A DNA stretch of 64,000 nt. It comes from Schizochytrium sp. TIO01 (Eukaryota > Protista > Bigyra: Labyrinthulomycetes). The position numbers and the translations under genes are program-made. The notes below the pieces were generated by a model that did not search any database, was not told the origin of the DNA, and saw only the letters and a list, made by a program, of their open reading frames with translations. Location: assembly GCA_004764695.1 (NCBI GenBank), contig SMSO01000032.1, positions 3,628,483 to 3,692,482 of the forward strand, in the 5' to 3' direction. The number at the start of each line of letters is the position of its first letter. The stretch's first letter is position 1. This document shows, one piece after another, positions 10,370 to 21,483 of the stretch.

Positions 10370-11566
10370 ATGTCGTCGCGCATTTTGAGTTCAACGGCGA
10401 GCCGCCTGGCTATGACGGTGACCCTTGTTGCTGCCGTTGCCTTTGTCGCTGTTCGTCACGGTGTTTTTTCGAATGGGGCTGAGCAGATTGATGAGGAAGA
10501 GGCGCAGTGGCTGGCTCATGTGGCACAGGTCCGTGCCAAGAAGAAGGCCGCACGTCGCGCTCTCGAGAGCGAGAAGCCTGAAGATCAAGACGGAGCTGGA
10601 GGTGACGACGGTCGCCCTGTGGATGAATCCAAGGTTGCTCGCAAGATCTCAAAGATCTTCATTTACCCTGTCAAGAGTCTGCGCGGAATCGAGGTTAAAG
10701 AGGCCATAATCGAAGAGCGCGGATTCCGTCATGACCGTCGTTGGATGGTTGTAGATGATGATGGTACATTCTTGTCTCAACGTAGATTCCCGAGGATGTC
10801 TTTGATTTCCGCCAAGGTTCTGGAGCAGGATGACCAAGGCAATGCTAAGGTCCTTGAATTGGACTGCGATGACATGCCTTTTGCTCTCGAGGTTCCCGTA
10901 CTCGAATCCTCTGAGAACCTTTTCCATAGTACTGTGCGTGTGTGGGACGATCACGTTGCTGGGGCTTATGACCAGGGTGACAATGCTGCTCGGTGGCTTA
11001 AGCATGCGATGCGCACGCGCCGTAATGTACGGTTGGTGTACATGGGTCCTGGATGCGATCGCCCGGTGTCTGAGAAGTATTCTGTGACTAAGTCTGATGT
11101 GACTAGCTTTGCCGACGGCTTTCCTTATCTTGTTATCTCACAAGCCTCTTTGAATGATCTTAACACACGAATGGACAAGGCGCTGAACTTTGATCGTTTC
11201 CGTCCTAACTTTGTTATCACTGGAGCGACCCCGTATCAAGAGGATGAGATGAAGTTAATTGATGTGGAGGATGGCAAGGCTCAATTCCATTTTGTTAAGC
11301 CATGCGCCCGCTGTAAGATGACAACGATTGACCAGAGTCTCGGCGTTGCACCCAAGTCGCTCAATGTTCCGCCATTGTCCACTTTGGCGACCTTTCGTAA
11401 GGAAGGAGATGATGTTTTTATGGGCATGAACTTGATTGCCTCATCAGAGAGCTCAGGAAAGGTTCTTCGAGTTGGAGATTCCTACCGTGTCATTGAGGAT
11501 CTTCAGGTGGAGAGTAAATCTGAGACATCTCAGTCTGCGGACGAGGATGTTGTCGCAAAGGAGTGA
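10370..11566 (+). CDS. MOSC-domain protein, mitochondrial amidoxime-reducing component (mARC)-like
   Basis: N-terminal TM helix, then IYPVKSLRG, DRRWMVVD, FADGFPYL, RFRPNFVI and the Moco-binding Cys in KPCARC. Confidence 0.92.
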   Translation: MSSRILSSTASRLAMTVTLVAAVAFVAVRHGVFSNGAEQIDEEEAQWLAHVAQVRAKKKAARRALESEKPEDQDGAGGDDGRPVDESKVARKISKIFIYPVKSLRGIEVKEAIIEERGFRHDRRWMVVDDDGTFLSQRRFPRMSLISAKVLEQDDQGNAKVLELDCDDMPFALEVPVLESSENLFHSTVRVWDDHVAGAYDQGDNAARWLKHAMRTRRNVRLVYMGPGCDRPVSEKYSVTKSDVTSFADGFPYLVISQASLNDLNTRMDKALNFDRFRPNFVITGATPYQEDEMKLIDVEDGKAQFHFVKPCARCKMTTIDQSLGVAPKSLNVPPLSTLATFRKEGDDVFMGMNLIASSESSGKVLRVGDSYRVIEDLQVESKSETSQSADEDVVAKE

Positions 11567-11983
11567 ATGTTCGAAAAAATCTCTAAATAAACATGTCTAG
11601 TTGCAGTCCTGGACACTCCAGATAAAACAATCAGTAACTATGATATTGTGAAATCTCAACCCTACCGTGTGCCAAGAGTTCGATTATCTTGCTTAACTAT
11701 GTGCTACACGTTGTTGTCTTCTGTGCCACCGCTTGTGTTCGTTTGTGCGCGAAAAGGGTACTTTGAAACGGCTTTCATAAGCAACTAGTAAACAGAGTGG
11801 AAAAGTAATTAGGAGAGTAAAGCATGTTTGGTTTTATGTTTGCTTTGGGTGTTTTGTAAAAAAAAATGTAAAGCTGTAGAGGGGAGCGAAGGGACTAGTT
11901 GTGGTCGTGAGTGGTTTTGTTTTTGTAGGGTTGTATTTAAGGTTTTGTTGTTGTCTGGGAAGCGGCTGGAAGCGCACTGCTAT

Positions 11984-12011
11984 TAGCCTAGCCTAGCCTA
12001 GCCTAGCCTAG
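11984..12011. repeat. (TAGCC)5 pentanucleotide microsatellite
   Basis: Read directly from the sequence, between the convergent mARC and E2 3' ends. Confidence 0.9.
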
Positions 12012-12170
12012 AAAAGTGGGTTCAATCGATCAATAACGAGGTTGGCCACATAGGCGATGCGCTGATCAAGCCTTAAAGTAGTTATAGGTCGGTGTTGACG
12101 ACCTCGCAGATGCTATTGTAAATTTTGTTGCTGCTGCTGTTGTTGTTGTTGTGTGAAAAGACAAATGAAT

Positions 12171-13643
12171 TTAGAGCAGCATGTTGACGGGGGACTCCAA
12201 GAGGTTCTTGAAGTGCTGGAGCCACTGGGCACCGACGGCTCCGTCGACGACGCGGTGGTCGCTGGAGAGGGTGACGGTCATGGTGGGTACAATGCGGACG
12301 GGAGGTCCCTGGCTGAGGTCAGCCGCAACATTGCCAGCAACAGGCACAGCGCGGCGAGTGATAGCGCCGACACCAAGGCTGGATCCCTGAGGGGAGCGCA
12401 CGATGGGAGTGTAGGTCTTAATGCCGTAGGCGCCCATGTTGGAGATAGTGAAGGTTCCCACGCCAAGGTCAATCTCTGCATCATCTTCATCAGACACAAA
12501 AGAGCGCATCTCTGCTGAAATGGCAGCAAGACCCTTGCGGTCGGCGTTGCGAATGACCGGCATAAGGACACCGTCCTCGGGGGACACGAGAGCAGCAACG
12601 TTGATGTCGCAGTTACGGTACTGACGGATGAAGGTCTTGCCCCAGCTGGAGTTGACGTCAGGAACTGCCTTCATGGCAAGTGCGGCAGCGCGGACCACAA
12701 AGTCGTTGACGGCAACCTGCTCCTTCTCAGGAAGCTTGGCGTTGAGCTGCTCGCGAATCTTGAGGAGCTCGCTCACGTCGACCTCGCAGTTCAAGTAGTA
12801 GTGGGGGATCTCAAACTTGGAAGCCTCGTACTGCGCAGCCAAAGTCTGAGCATCAGCTGCCACAGGCTTGTCGAAGTAGTCTCCAGAGGCAGATGCCACG
12901 ACGGTCTCGGTGGCAGGCTCCTCAACAGACTCAGAGGCACTCTCGCCAGCGCTCTGGGCCTGGGGTGACGCCAAGTAGGCCTCAACATCGGCCTTCACGA
13001 TACGACCATTGGGACCACTGCCCTTGGGAAGAGCATAAAGGTCAACGCCGTTCTCAGCCAACATCTTGCGAGCGAGGGGGCTGGCGAACACACGGTCTCC
13101 GGATGCAGAGGAGGATTCCACAGGTTTCTTAGTTTCCACGGGCTTCTCAGCTTGGACAGGGGCAGCGGGGGGTGCAGGGGCGGACTCCTGAGCGGGTTCG
13201 GGGGCTGCCGAAGAGCTCGAAGAGGCTCCAGAGGAGACGTCCTGAAGAGTGACATTAGCAAAAGCAGCGACGTCAGCCTTATCTTCAACGAGAACTCCGA
13301 TAACCTCGCCGACGGGCTGGGGAGGGCCTCCGGCTTGAACAAGAATCTTGGCAAGGTAACCGTCGTCCTGGACCTCGAAGTCCACGGTGGCCTTGTCGGT
13401 CTCGATCTCGCAGACGGGCTGGCCGGCCTCAACGAAGTCGCCCTCGTTCTTGAGCCAGTTGGCGATGACACCCTCGCTCATGGTCGGCGAGAGTGCGGGA
13501 AGCGTGAGCTTGGTGTGGCTCGGGAGAGCGGCAAATCCGCGGACTCCAAGCGAGGATCCCGGGAGACGGGACTGGCGGAGTGCGATGCTGCCGGCGGCGC
13601 GGAGGCCCATCGAGGAGCGCGCCATCATCATGGCGAGCGTCAT
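12171..13643 (-). CDS. DLAT: Pyruvate dehydrogenase E2 (dihydrolipoamide acetyltransferase)-like, single lipoyl domain, mitochondrial
   Basis: Presequence, lipoyl domain LPALSPTM...EIETDKAT, PSBD RVFASPLARK...GSGPNGRIVKADVE, and catalytic domain IPHYY...TFTISNMG...DHRVVDGA. The ATG at 13643 (MTLAMMM) is preferred because the upstream extension crosses a (GA)n tract. Codon usage is strongly C/G-ending. Confidence 0.9.
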   Translation of the reverse strand: MTLAMMMARSSMGLRAAGSIALRQSRLPGSSLGVRGFAALPSHTKLTLPALSPTMSEGVIANWLKNEGDFVEAGQPVCEIETDKATVDFEVQDDGYLAKILVQAGGPPQPVGEVIGVLVEDKADVAAFANVTLQDVSSGASSSSSAAPEPAQESAPAPPAAPVQAEKPVETKKPVESSSASGDRVFASPLARKMLAENGVDLYALPKGSGPNGRIVKADVEAYLASPQAQSAGESASESVEEPATETVVASASGDYFDKPVAADAQTLAAQYEASKFEIPHYYLNCEVDVSELLKIREQLNAKLPEKEQVAVNDFVVRAAALAMKAVPDVNSSWGKTFIRQYRNCDINVAALVSPEDGVLMPVIRNADRKGLAAISAEMRSFVSDEDDAEIDLGVGTFTISNMGAYGIKTYTPIVRSPQGSSLGVGAITRRAVPVAGNVAADLSQGPPVRIVPTMTVTLSSDHRVVDGAVGAQWLQHFKNLLESPVNMLL

Positions 13644-13727
13644 GGTCGCTGTTTGTGGATGCGCGAGAACGAACGCGAGTTGGCACGCACGGGGTAGCGG
13701 AACCGAAGAGGCGGCTCGGAGGTAACG

Positions 13728-13754
13728 CGAGAGAGAGAGAGAGAGAGAGAGAGA
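13728..13754. repeat. (GA)n dinucleotide tract in the DLAT 5' leader/promoter
   Basis: Read directly from the sequence. Confidence 0.9.
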
Positions 13755-15702
13755 GGAGCCGCAAAGACGCCGCGCCGACGACCTTCGCAGAGCTGACTGT
13801 TGATGGACTGATCGATCGATCCATCGATGATCCTTCAGCCTTTCTTCCTTCCTCTTTCCATCATTCAAATTCATTCGAATTCCAAAATTCAAATTCTTCT
13901 TTCATTTTCTATAACAATGATGATCTGATCACCTTCATTTTTTAAAATTAAAATAATTACTATACTAAATAACCAGATACTCTTACCGCAGCGACTATTT
14001 AGTACTAATCATCGCAGAATGAATGATACATCAACATTATATATATTTTTTTAATTCATTTTTTAATTCATTTTTTAAAATAAAATTTTAAAATTGATTT
14101 TTCTTTTAACATTCAAGAAAAGAAGGAAGAGGATAGAGGTCACTTTTCCTCTCACTTCTCTGCAAAAGCTTTTCTTTTTCCCTCACTTTCTTTAATTCTT
14201 CGAAGGGAATGTTTATTCCAAATAGATTTGAAGGTTCCTCCGCCGCCTCAATACACATACATAGAACCCACTGCTACTGATAAGTAGGTATGTAAGTAAG
14301 TACATTCTGCGGTGCGGTTCTTCTGTCTAAAACAGATCAAAAACTCCTTTTCCTCCATAACTTTTTTCATCTCATGAGGGATAAAACAGTGAGAGAAACT
14401 GATGAAGAAGAACAAGAAGAACAATAACAAGAACGAGAAGATGGAGCGAGCGATCTCGCTTTTTCGAGATGGTCTGCAATCTTTCCCGCTTTGCAACAGC
14501 GTAGACGATCCAAGCTCTGGTTCTCTCGATGGGCCGTGCTTCTTTCGCCCTCTCTCTCTCTCTTCGACTCTGTGCCCTTTGCCACTCGAGGCTGCGGCTT
14601 CTGCCCTGCTTTCGCGAGGATGCAAGTTTTCAGACTGATTCATGATGACGCCCCCAAACTTCTTACTAACCACCTCACTACAGCTACCTCCCTCCTTGTG
14701 CGCATTACAATTGCCACATTCGAACAGACCCTCGCGCTTTGAAAAAGAAACATGGCAGCAGCTATTGGTAGCAGCTCTTAGTAGTAGCTAGAGAGGTGGA
14801 GGCTTTTACTTTTCTACTTTCTGTGTCAATGCTGTACAAAGTAAATTCAAAATAGCTTTTGAGACTTTGAAGAAAGATCACATCGAAATTCAAAAAAGAA
14901 AAGAAGAACAAGGAGAGGAAGCCACATGCTTTTGCTTTCTTTCTTTTTATTTATTTATTTATTTATTTATTTGAAAACTTGTTGAAAAAAAGAAAAGTAA
15001 AAGTAAACAGACTTTATTTTATTTATTTAAAACCACATGAACAAATCAGTCAATGCACAAAACACACATATTCTAAACCTTAGGACAGTGCTACTCCATG
15101 AACTACGCAATGAGAAAGAAATCTGTCCGCATGTTCAAGCGGTGAACCCTGAGGCGCCTCTAGCCCCGTTCTAACCTAATCCCTAAGGGTACAGCTCTGC
15201 GTCATCGTGTCCTGATCAAAGCAGGCACTACGTCTCCCTTACTGTGTCGAGTTAGCACGGTAACGGTTCCGCAGCGTGCACGCGTATACTGTAGCAGTAT
15301 GCTAGGCGAGCAATGCGGCGATCTGACGGCCGCAGTCTTCGTTTTCTTTCTTTCTTTCTTTCATTTATCCTTTCTTTTATCCTTTCTTTCTTTCTTTCTT
15401 CTTTCATTGTTTCTTTGGACAACAAAGGCGGAAAAGGCGAAAGAGGCGACAAATTCTTCGAAGACAGCTCGTACCCCTGCGCCCGCCTGCCTTCGCAGCG
15501 CTACAGACTGCGGTGGCCAGGCGCCGCCTCGCTCGGCAGCAGGTGACGAAGGCGCTGCCGGCGACGACGACCCAGGCAGACAGGCAGGCTGTCAGGCTGG
15601 CAGGCTGGCAGGCTGGCAGCCGAAGCGCGCTCGGAGCTTAGGGCCTCGTCGCTCAATCATCGGCACTGCGTGGCGATTTGTCGCCTCTCTTTTATTCCAA
15701 TC

Positions 15703-15750
15703 AATGAATGAATGAATGAATGAATGAATGAATGAATGAATGAATGAATG
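15703..15750. repeat. (AATG)12 microsatellite
   Basis: Read directly from the sequence. Confidence 0.95.
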
Positions 15751-16103
15751 ACTATTGTGATACATCTTCATCTTTGCTGATTGTGCCTCTCTAGTTGAGA
15801 AACAGATGGCGGAAAGGCAAGATGGGAAGTGGTGCACAGATAAAGGTAGAGCTGTGCGGTCATTGGCCTTTACGTCTTTGCGTGTGAAGGGTTTGGCATC
15901 TTGTGAACAGAGGCAGCAGCGTTGACGCTTGGAAATTGGGATGAAGATTTAAGATTCGCTCTCCACCTGCCTTAAAATACTTAGATTTATTTATCATTGC
16001 TTCTACTACTATGATTATTTGAAATGAGTGAATAATTTTCAAAAGGAGAGAGAGGCAGAGAAAGTCTGCTATTTTTGTGCTACAATATGTGAAAGAAAAG
16101 GGC

Positions 16104-16139
<36 letters not shown>

Positions 16140-16442
16140 TAAAGAATATAGCGCCGCTCTTCTTCAATAAAAGCGCGGCGATTTCATCGATGCGCCATCT
16201 TCTTCAAGATGCCAAACGATCGATGCTGGCCTTCTTCGACTGGCTGACTGACTGACTGCCGCGTCGTCGCCGCTCAATTCGGGCCCATTCCGGAGTGCAC
16301 TCGCGGAGCTTCTGACAGCTTTCCGATCTCCTCTCCGCCGCCGACGATGATGACACCAAGAGAGATTGAGGATGGATCCACCATTGCACGAGCCATCGAG
16401 AGATGGAGAGACCAGGATTCCTTTCCTCCTCTCCTTCTTGCC

Positions 16443-16521
16443 CTTCTTGTTCTTCTTGTTCTTCTTGTTCTTGTTCTTGTTCTTCTTGTTATTGTTCTTG
16501 TTCTTGTTCTTGTTCTTGTTC
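16443..16521. repeat. (TTCTTG)n / (TTCTTCTTG)n tract
   Basis: Read directly; it generates the spurious low-complexity ORFs at 16347-16601. Confidence 0.9.
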
Positions 16522-16728
16522 TATCATCGTTCTCTTGTCATCGTTCTCTTCTTCTTTCGTCGCCCAATTCAATCCAAAGTTCAGGTTGGTTAGATAGTTA
16601 GTTAGTTAGGCAGTTGGTCTGCAAATAAATCTTTCGCCGCTTCTCCGTTCCAACTCTTCGCGGCATTTGAATCCCCCGAATAATCGTGTCTCCGTCTGTC
16701 TTTCTGTGTTTTTTGTTCCTCGCTTGCA

Positions 16729-16808
16729 CAACAAACAAACAAACAATCAAACAAACAAACAAACAAACAAACAAACAAACAAACAAACAAACAAACAAAC
16801 AAATAAAC
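16729..16808. repeat. (CAAA)~20 microsatellite
   Basis: Read directly, with a couple of interruptions. Confidence 0.95.
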
Positions 16809-17092
16809 ACCAAATCCGCACAGCCAAGAAAGACATCACCACCGCCCGCGACGCATGCTTTGCAGGCCGTTGACGCTTTCGAGGCGCGCGATATGCTCGA
16901 CCCTCAAATGCCGCTCCTGAGATCGTTCGTCTGAGTTGTTTGTTTGTTTTTGTTGGGCATTCATTCTCTCTCTCATTTGCAGTACGTGTCATCGAAGGTT
17001 AGTTAGTACCCTCAAGAGCGCCGCACATTCAGCACTGCGCTGATCCATCATCGATCCTGAGAAACTAACTAACTAACCAATGAATGAATTAG

Positions 17093-17122
17093 TTAATTAA
17101 TTAATTAATTAATTAATTAATT
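17093..17122. repeat. (TAAT)n self-complementary microsatellite
   Basis: Read directly from the sequence. Confidence 0.9.
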
Positions 17123-18224
17123 CGAGTCCATAAAGGATCGATTCCGAATCCTCTCCGAAGCTCACTTCCACCATCTCTCCGTCTGCCTCTTCGTTGGTGC
17201 CGTCGATGTATGGATGTCTTGCTCTGTCGAGGCCTTTGTAAACCTCGCGATCGTTCGTTCGCTCATTCGCTTCTTCAATGGACTTCTTTCTTCTTCGCCA
17301 GAATCCGATATTGTTCTCTATTTATTTACTTATTCATTTATTTACTCATTTACTTACTTATTCATTTACTTTTCTACTTTGTATCTATTCATGTACTTAC
17401 TTATTTACTTATTCGCATATGTATCTATGTATGTATGGCAGGCGCAAGATACGCCCGCCGCCGCAGCCTCGCAGACCTCCACCAAGTCGTGGTTCCCGTT
17501 CGCGAGCGAGCAGACCAAGCTGGCAGATGGCCAGGCAGGCACGTCGACCTGCCTGCCTGCCTGCCTACCTGCCTGCATGGGAGCGTGGTCCCCTCTTCGC
17601 CCTTGAACTTCGTTCGTTCTCGCAGAAGTCCTTTTCAACGATCCCGAGGGTCTTCAAGCGAGAGCGAGCGCACACCCTTCGATAGCTCTCTCTCTTTGAA
17701 CAGTCAGTAGTAGCACCGCCCCTACCGTAATGCCTAAGTGGGGGCTAGCCGTGCTTGCGGCAGACCTGTGCCAAACCTCTCTCTCTTCGTCCCTTTTGCG
17801 AATGAATGAAATCAAAAAGTTAATGAATCAATGGAATCGCATTCATTCGTTGTCTGCAGAACCAAAGAGAAAGAGAGAGATCAGATTTATTCATTCATTC
17901 ATTCATTGTTTCATACATACATACATTCCGCTCGAGCGGTCGCTCATGTGGCACTCCTTCAGGCCGCGGCGAGGACGGCAGGCGAGGACGGCCTAGAGCA
18001 GATTGAGGTGGACTTGAGCGAATCGGCCAATGGCGGCTATCGTGATGTAGCAGGACGGCGTCAGCGCATCCGTCACGGCGTCACAAAAACTCTGCGAAGG
18101 CCATTCTTTTCAAGGGATTCATTCGTTCGCTCTGTTCTCTTATTTATTATTGCAGGAGTAGAAGGAGAAAGGTGCCTTTCTTTCGTTAATTCTTCCTCAA
18201 TTGGAATTGACAATGAAAGCCTCT

Positions 18225-18275
18225 TTTTCTTTTTCTTTTTCTTTTTCTTTTTCTTTTTCTTTTTCTTTTCTTTTT
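18225..18275. repeat. (TTTTTC)n pyrimidine tract
   Basis: Read directly from the sequence. Confidence 0.9.
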
Positions 18276-19253
18276 AAAATTAAAAAATAATAATTCATCG
18301 ATCACTAGAAACTGGGAACAATTGAAAACATTCATATATTAAAAAAAGTGATTTTAAAAAATTAAAACAATATAGATAGATAAATAAAGTTGATTGAATC
18401 AGGAGCATGGGTATACCACGCGCCTTCAGACGTCTCCAGATCTGCGGATAACGATGGTGGACACGAGCGAATGCGCGATTATGCTCCTGAGGCCTCACGC
18501 GTCTCTAAATAGCAGCACTTCCTGCAGGTCTATTCATCATTCGCTCGAAATCTGCCATCACTTTATGAAGTGCTCGCGAGGGGAAAACCTGCAGATGTCC
18601 CCCCGCTCGGGGGACTTGAGTATCTGTGTATCATCCGCCTATTACCCGTGCCAAAATGTCAGTCTCCCTTGGTACGCGCCAAAACCTACTTGCGAGAGGT
18701 ATAGCCTACTTGGCGAAGTTTAGACGCACTTTGGGAGCAAAAAATGTTTCACTTGCGAGTGTCCGACAAATGGCGCAAATCTGCGTCACTTGCCGCGGTC
18801 TGCGGAACCCTTTTGCGCGCGGCCGCCCGTCATTACTTGATGCTTGCTTGCCTTTCTGAAGAAAAGGAGATCATCATTCAGAAGCGCCTGGCTCCGCGTC
18901 GATTCGCTTTACTGTTCAATCAGACAGGCGAAGCTTCCTCAGGTGACAGGCCTGGCTGATGTGAGGCCGCCGTAATATAGGTGCCAATCAATGCGTGAGG
19001 TTCGCATCGCAATTGCAAACCGAGGGCTCAGTCAGTCAGTCAGTCAGTCCCATCGCTGTTTTCGTCGGGTCCTTTTCCCTCCCTCTTTGAGGGCCTTTTC
19101 TGCGGATCTGCGCTTTCAAAAGCACAGCAGATTTGAATTTGCTCAATCAATCGAACATTGAGTGAGTGAGTGACCCATCGGAGCTATCTAGGTACCTTAA
19201 GGAAGCGTGCCAGCTAAGGCCAGCTAACTAGCTACTAGGAGATAGGTAACACA

Positions 19254-19256
<3 letters not shown>

Positions 19257-19294
<38 letters not shown>

Positions 19295-19296
19295 AA
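19257..19296. repeat. (GAAA)~10 microsatellite
   Basis: Read directly from the sequence. Confidence 0.9.
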
Positions 19297-20182
19297 CTGC
19301 ATTTTGCACTTTCTTTTACTCTGATTGAAGTGGAAAACAAACAATCAAGGAGTGCTTCCTTCCTTCCTCTTCCTTCCACTGTTTATAACTTTTATTTGAT
19401 AATGCAAAATAATCAACGCGAAATATAATAGAATAAAACAGAATAAAATGGAATGAGTGAAGATTGAACTTACTTCAGTCTGCAGTGCCATGCGAGTTCT
19501 CTTCTGTGTGAAGCGAGACCATCATCACCATTCCCATTACTGTACTACAGCACATGACGCACTCCGTCGTCTCCAGCCCGTTGAACTTGGTGCTAAGCTA
19601 TCTGCCCACTCGTCCGTCCATGATCTGTCTGTCTGTCTGTCTGTCAGTGGCATTGACTGAGTGATTGATTGATTGATGCCCATGGGAACGAACCAACTGA
19701 TAAGAGAGAAGAGGGCCCAAGCAAAGCGAGAAGAACCAGAACAAAAGGGTCCTAAAAGACGCCGATTGCAGCGACGGCGCATCGATGCATCGCCATATAA
19801 GCGGGCGGTAGGCCCTCCTCCCCTTGGCTCTCTCTTTCTTCGAAGTCCTGCAGCTCATTTGCGCATTTGCATCTCGCGCGAACTGGCTCATGGTCGAAGC
19901 AGCTAGCTAGCTGCCTTGGATGGAATGAATCCGAAGCCCGCCAAATCAATCCAAGCTCGAACCTTCAGGCTCCTCGCAGATTCCACTCGCCATCAGCCTC
20001 TCTCTGTGTGCTTAATCAGGCACGCCTTTGGGCTCTGCACTCGGTCTCGTCCTCAAGCCCGCTCGTCGAGGACTTCGAAAAGTTCTTGGACGTGGAGAAT
20101 AACTTGCGCTCTCCTCCGTCTCCAGCTCGCGCTTCGTGCAGTAGTGGTTCTCCACGCGTCCATTGAAGTTCCACTCGAGCTC

Positions 20183-20305
20183 TTGAGGCTTGAAGACCTC
20201 AAGACTTGAAGACTCGAAGACTTGAAGACTTGAAAACTTGAAGACTTGAAGACTTGAAGTTGAAGTTGAAGTTGAAGTTGAATTCGAAGTCGAGGTCGAA
20301 GTTGG
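20183..20305. repeat. Compound tandem repeat (GACTTGAA)n changing to (GTTGAA)n
   Basis: About eight degenerate 8-mers are followed by about nine degenerate 6-mers that share the TTGAA core. Confidence 0.85.
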
Positions 20306-21414
20306 GATCATCGAAGAACGCAATCGATGCCCTTCATCTGCAAAGGGCGAGCTCTTCGAAGTTCCTGTGGTGGCGAAATTTGGGAACGGAGCTGTGATTT
20401 TTGTTGCTCGGCAGGGCTTTTTGTGACTCCGCTCGCCGCGGCATCCGGCGACGCGACGGCCTCGCGAGAAGCAGCTCGAGGAGAAGGAGAAGGAGGTCCT
20501 CGGCGGGAGCAGCTCAAGCTCGTCGCAGGGGAGGAGGCGAAGGCAGCGAAGGCAGACCAGCGCTGCGAAGACGCGGCGATGGATTGATTGATTGACTGAT
20601 TGATTGATTAATTGATTGAGAGATTGGCAGAATTAATTTGTGGAGAACTGCTTTTTAAAAATGCTTTATCTTTATCTTTATCTTTATTTTAAGTAGAAAG
20701 AGAGAAAATGTGGAGTCTTTTAACTTTTTTCTTTTCTTTTCTTTTCTTTTCTTTTCTTTCCTCGTTTCTTTTTTCCCGATTTGGGATTTTTGGCAATCAA
20801 TAGATTGGACTGGAGAATCAATCGCCTGCGAAGATGAAGACATGTCTACTACTTCTTGAAGGAGCAATGCCGTCAGCGATGGAGTTGGACGTGTATCAAT
20901 GCGCGGTTTGTAATGCGTTTTATTAGAACGGGTGGCATATATGCAGCGATATCGTCTTTTTTCAAAGGATTATGTCATACTAAGTAAATCCTTGAGGCTT
21001 AATTTACCCCAAAGTTAGAGTATCACTAACGATTTTGTTTCATTTTATTTTTTGTATTCTAATGTGATTCTTATCGATTTATAATAATTTGAATTTAATT
21101 ATTTAAAAAATAAAAAAAAAATAAAAAAAAAAGCGTCGGTGTCATGAAAGTCATCACAAGATTCATATGCCCTGTCATATCTTGCTGCTGCAAAGACACC
21201 TGCCACGGCGATCTTGCAAACATAATAGCTACGCAAAATAGAAGATATCGTTCTGTGGACTCATCTCTGTATCGATTTGCCATTTTGGGGGCAAACCCAG
21301 CGAAGAAGACGCCACCACTATCGTCCGCTTCGTTGTTTTCCAAATCATGGTGTACCATCAATAATATCTTCTCTTTTCTTTTTACTTTTCCCTCCAAACT
21401 CTAGCACATCCGCA

Positions 21415-21483
21415 CATACATACATACATACATACATACATACATACATACATACATACATACATACATACATACATACATAC
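21415..21483. repeat. (CATA)17 microsatellite
   Basis: Read directly from the sequence. Confidence 0.95.

Noticed and set aside
13644-13892. N-terminal extension of DLAT given in the ORF track (and similar extensions for KATNIP, TMED, TBC and the CENP-E-like kinesin)
   Set aside because: The extensions begin at GTG/TTG or run through UTR-type repeats such as (GA)n. The downstream ATGs give proper targeting peptides or better start context.
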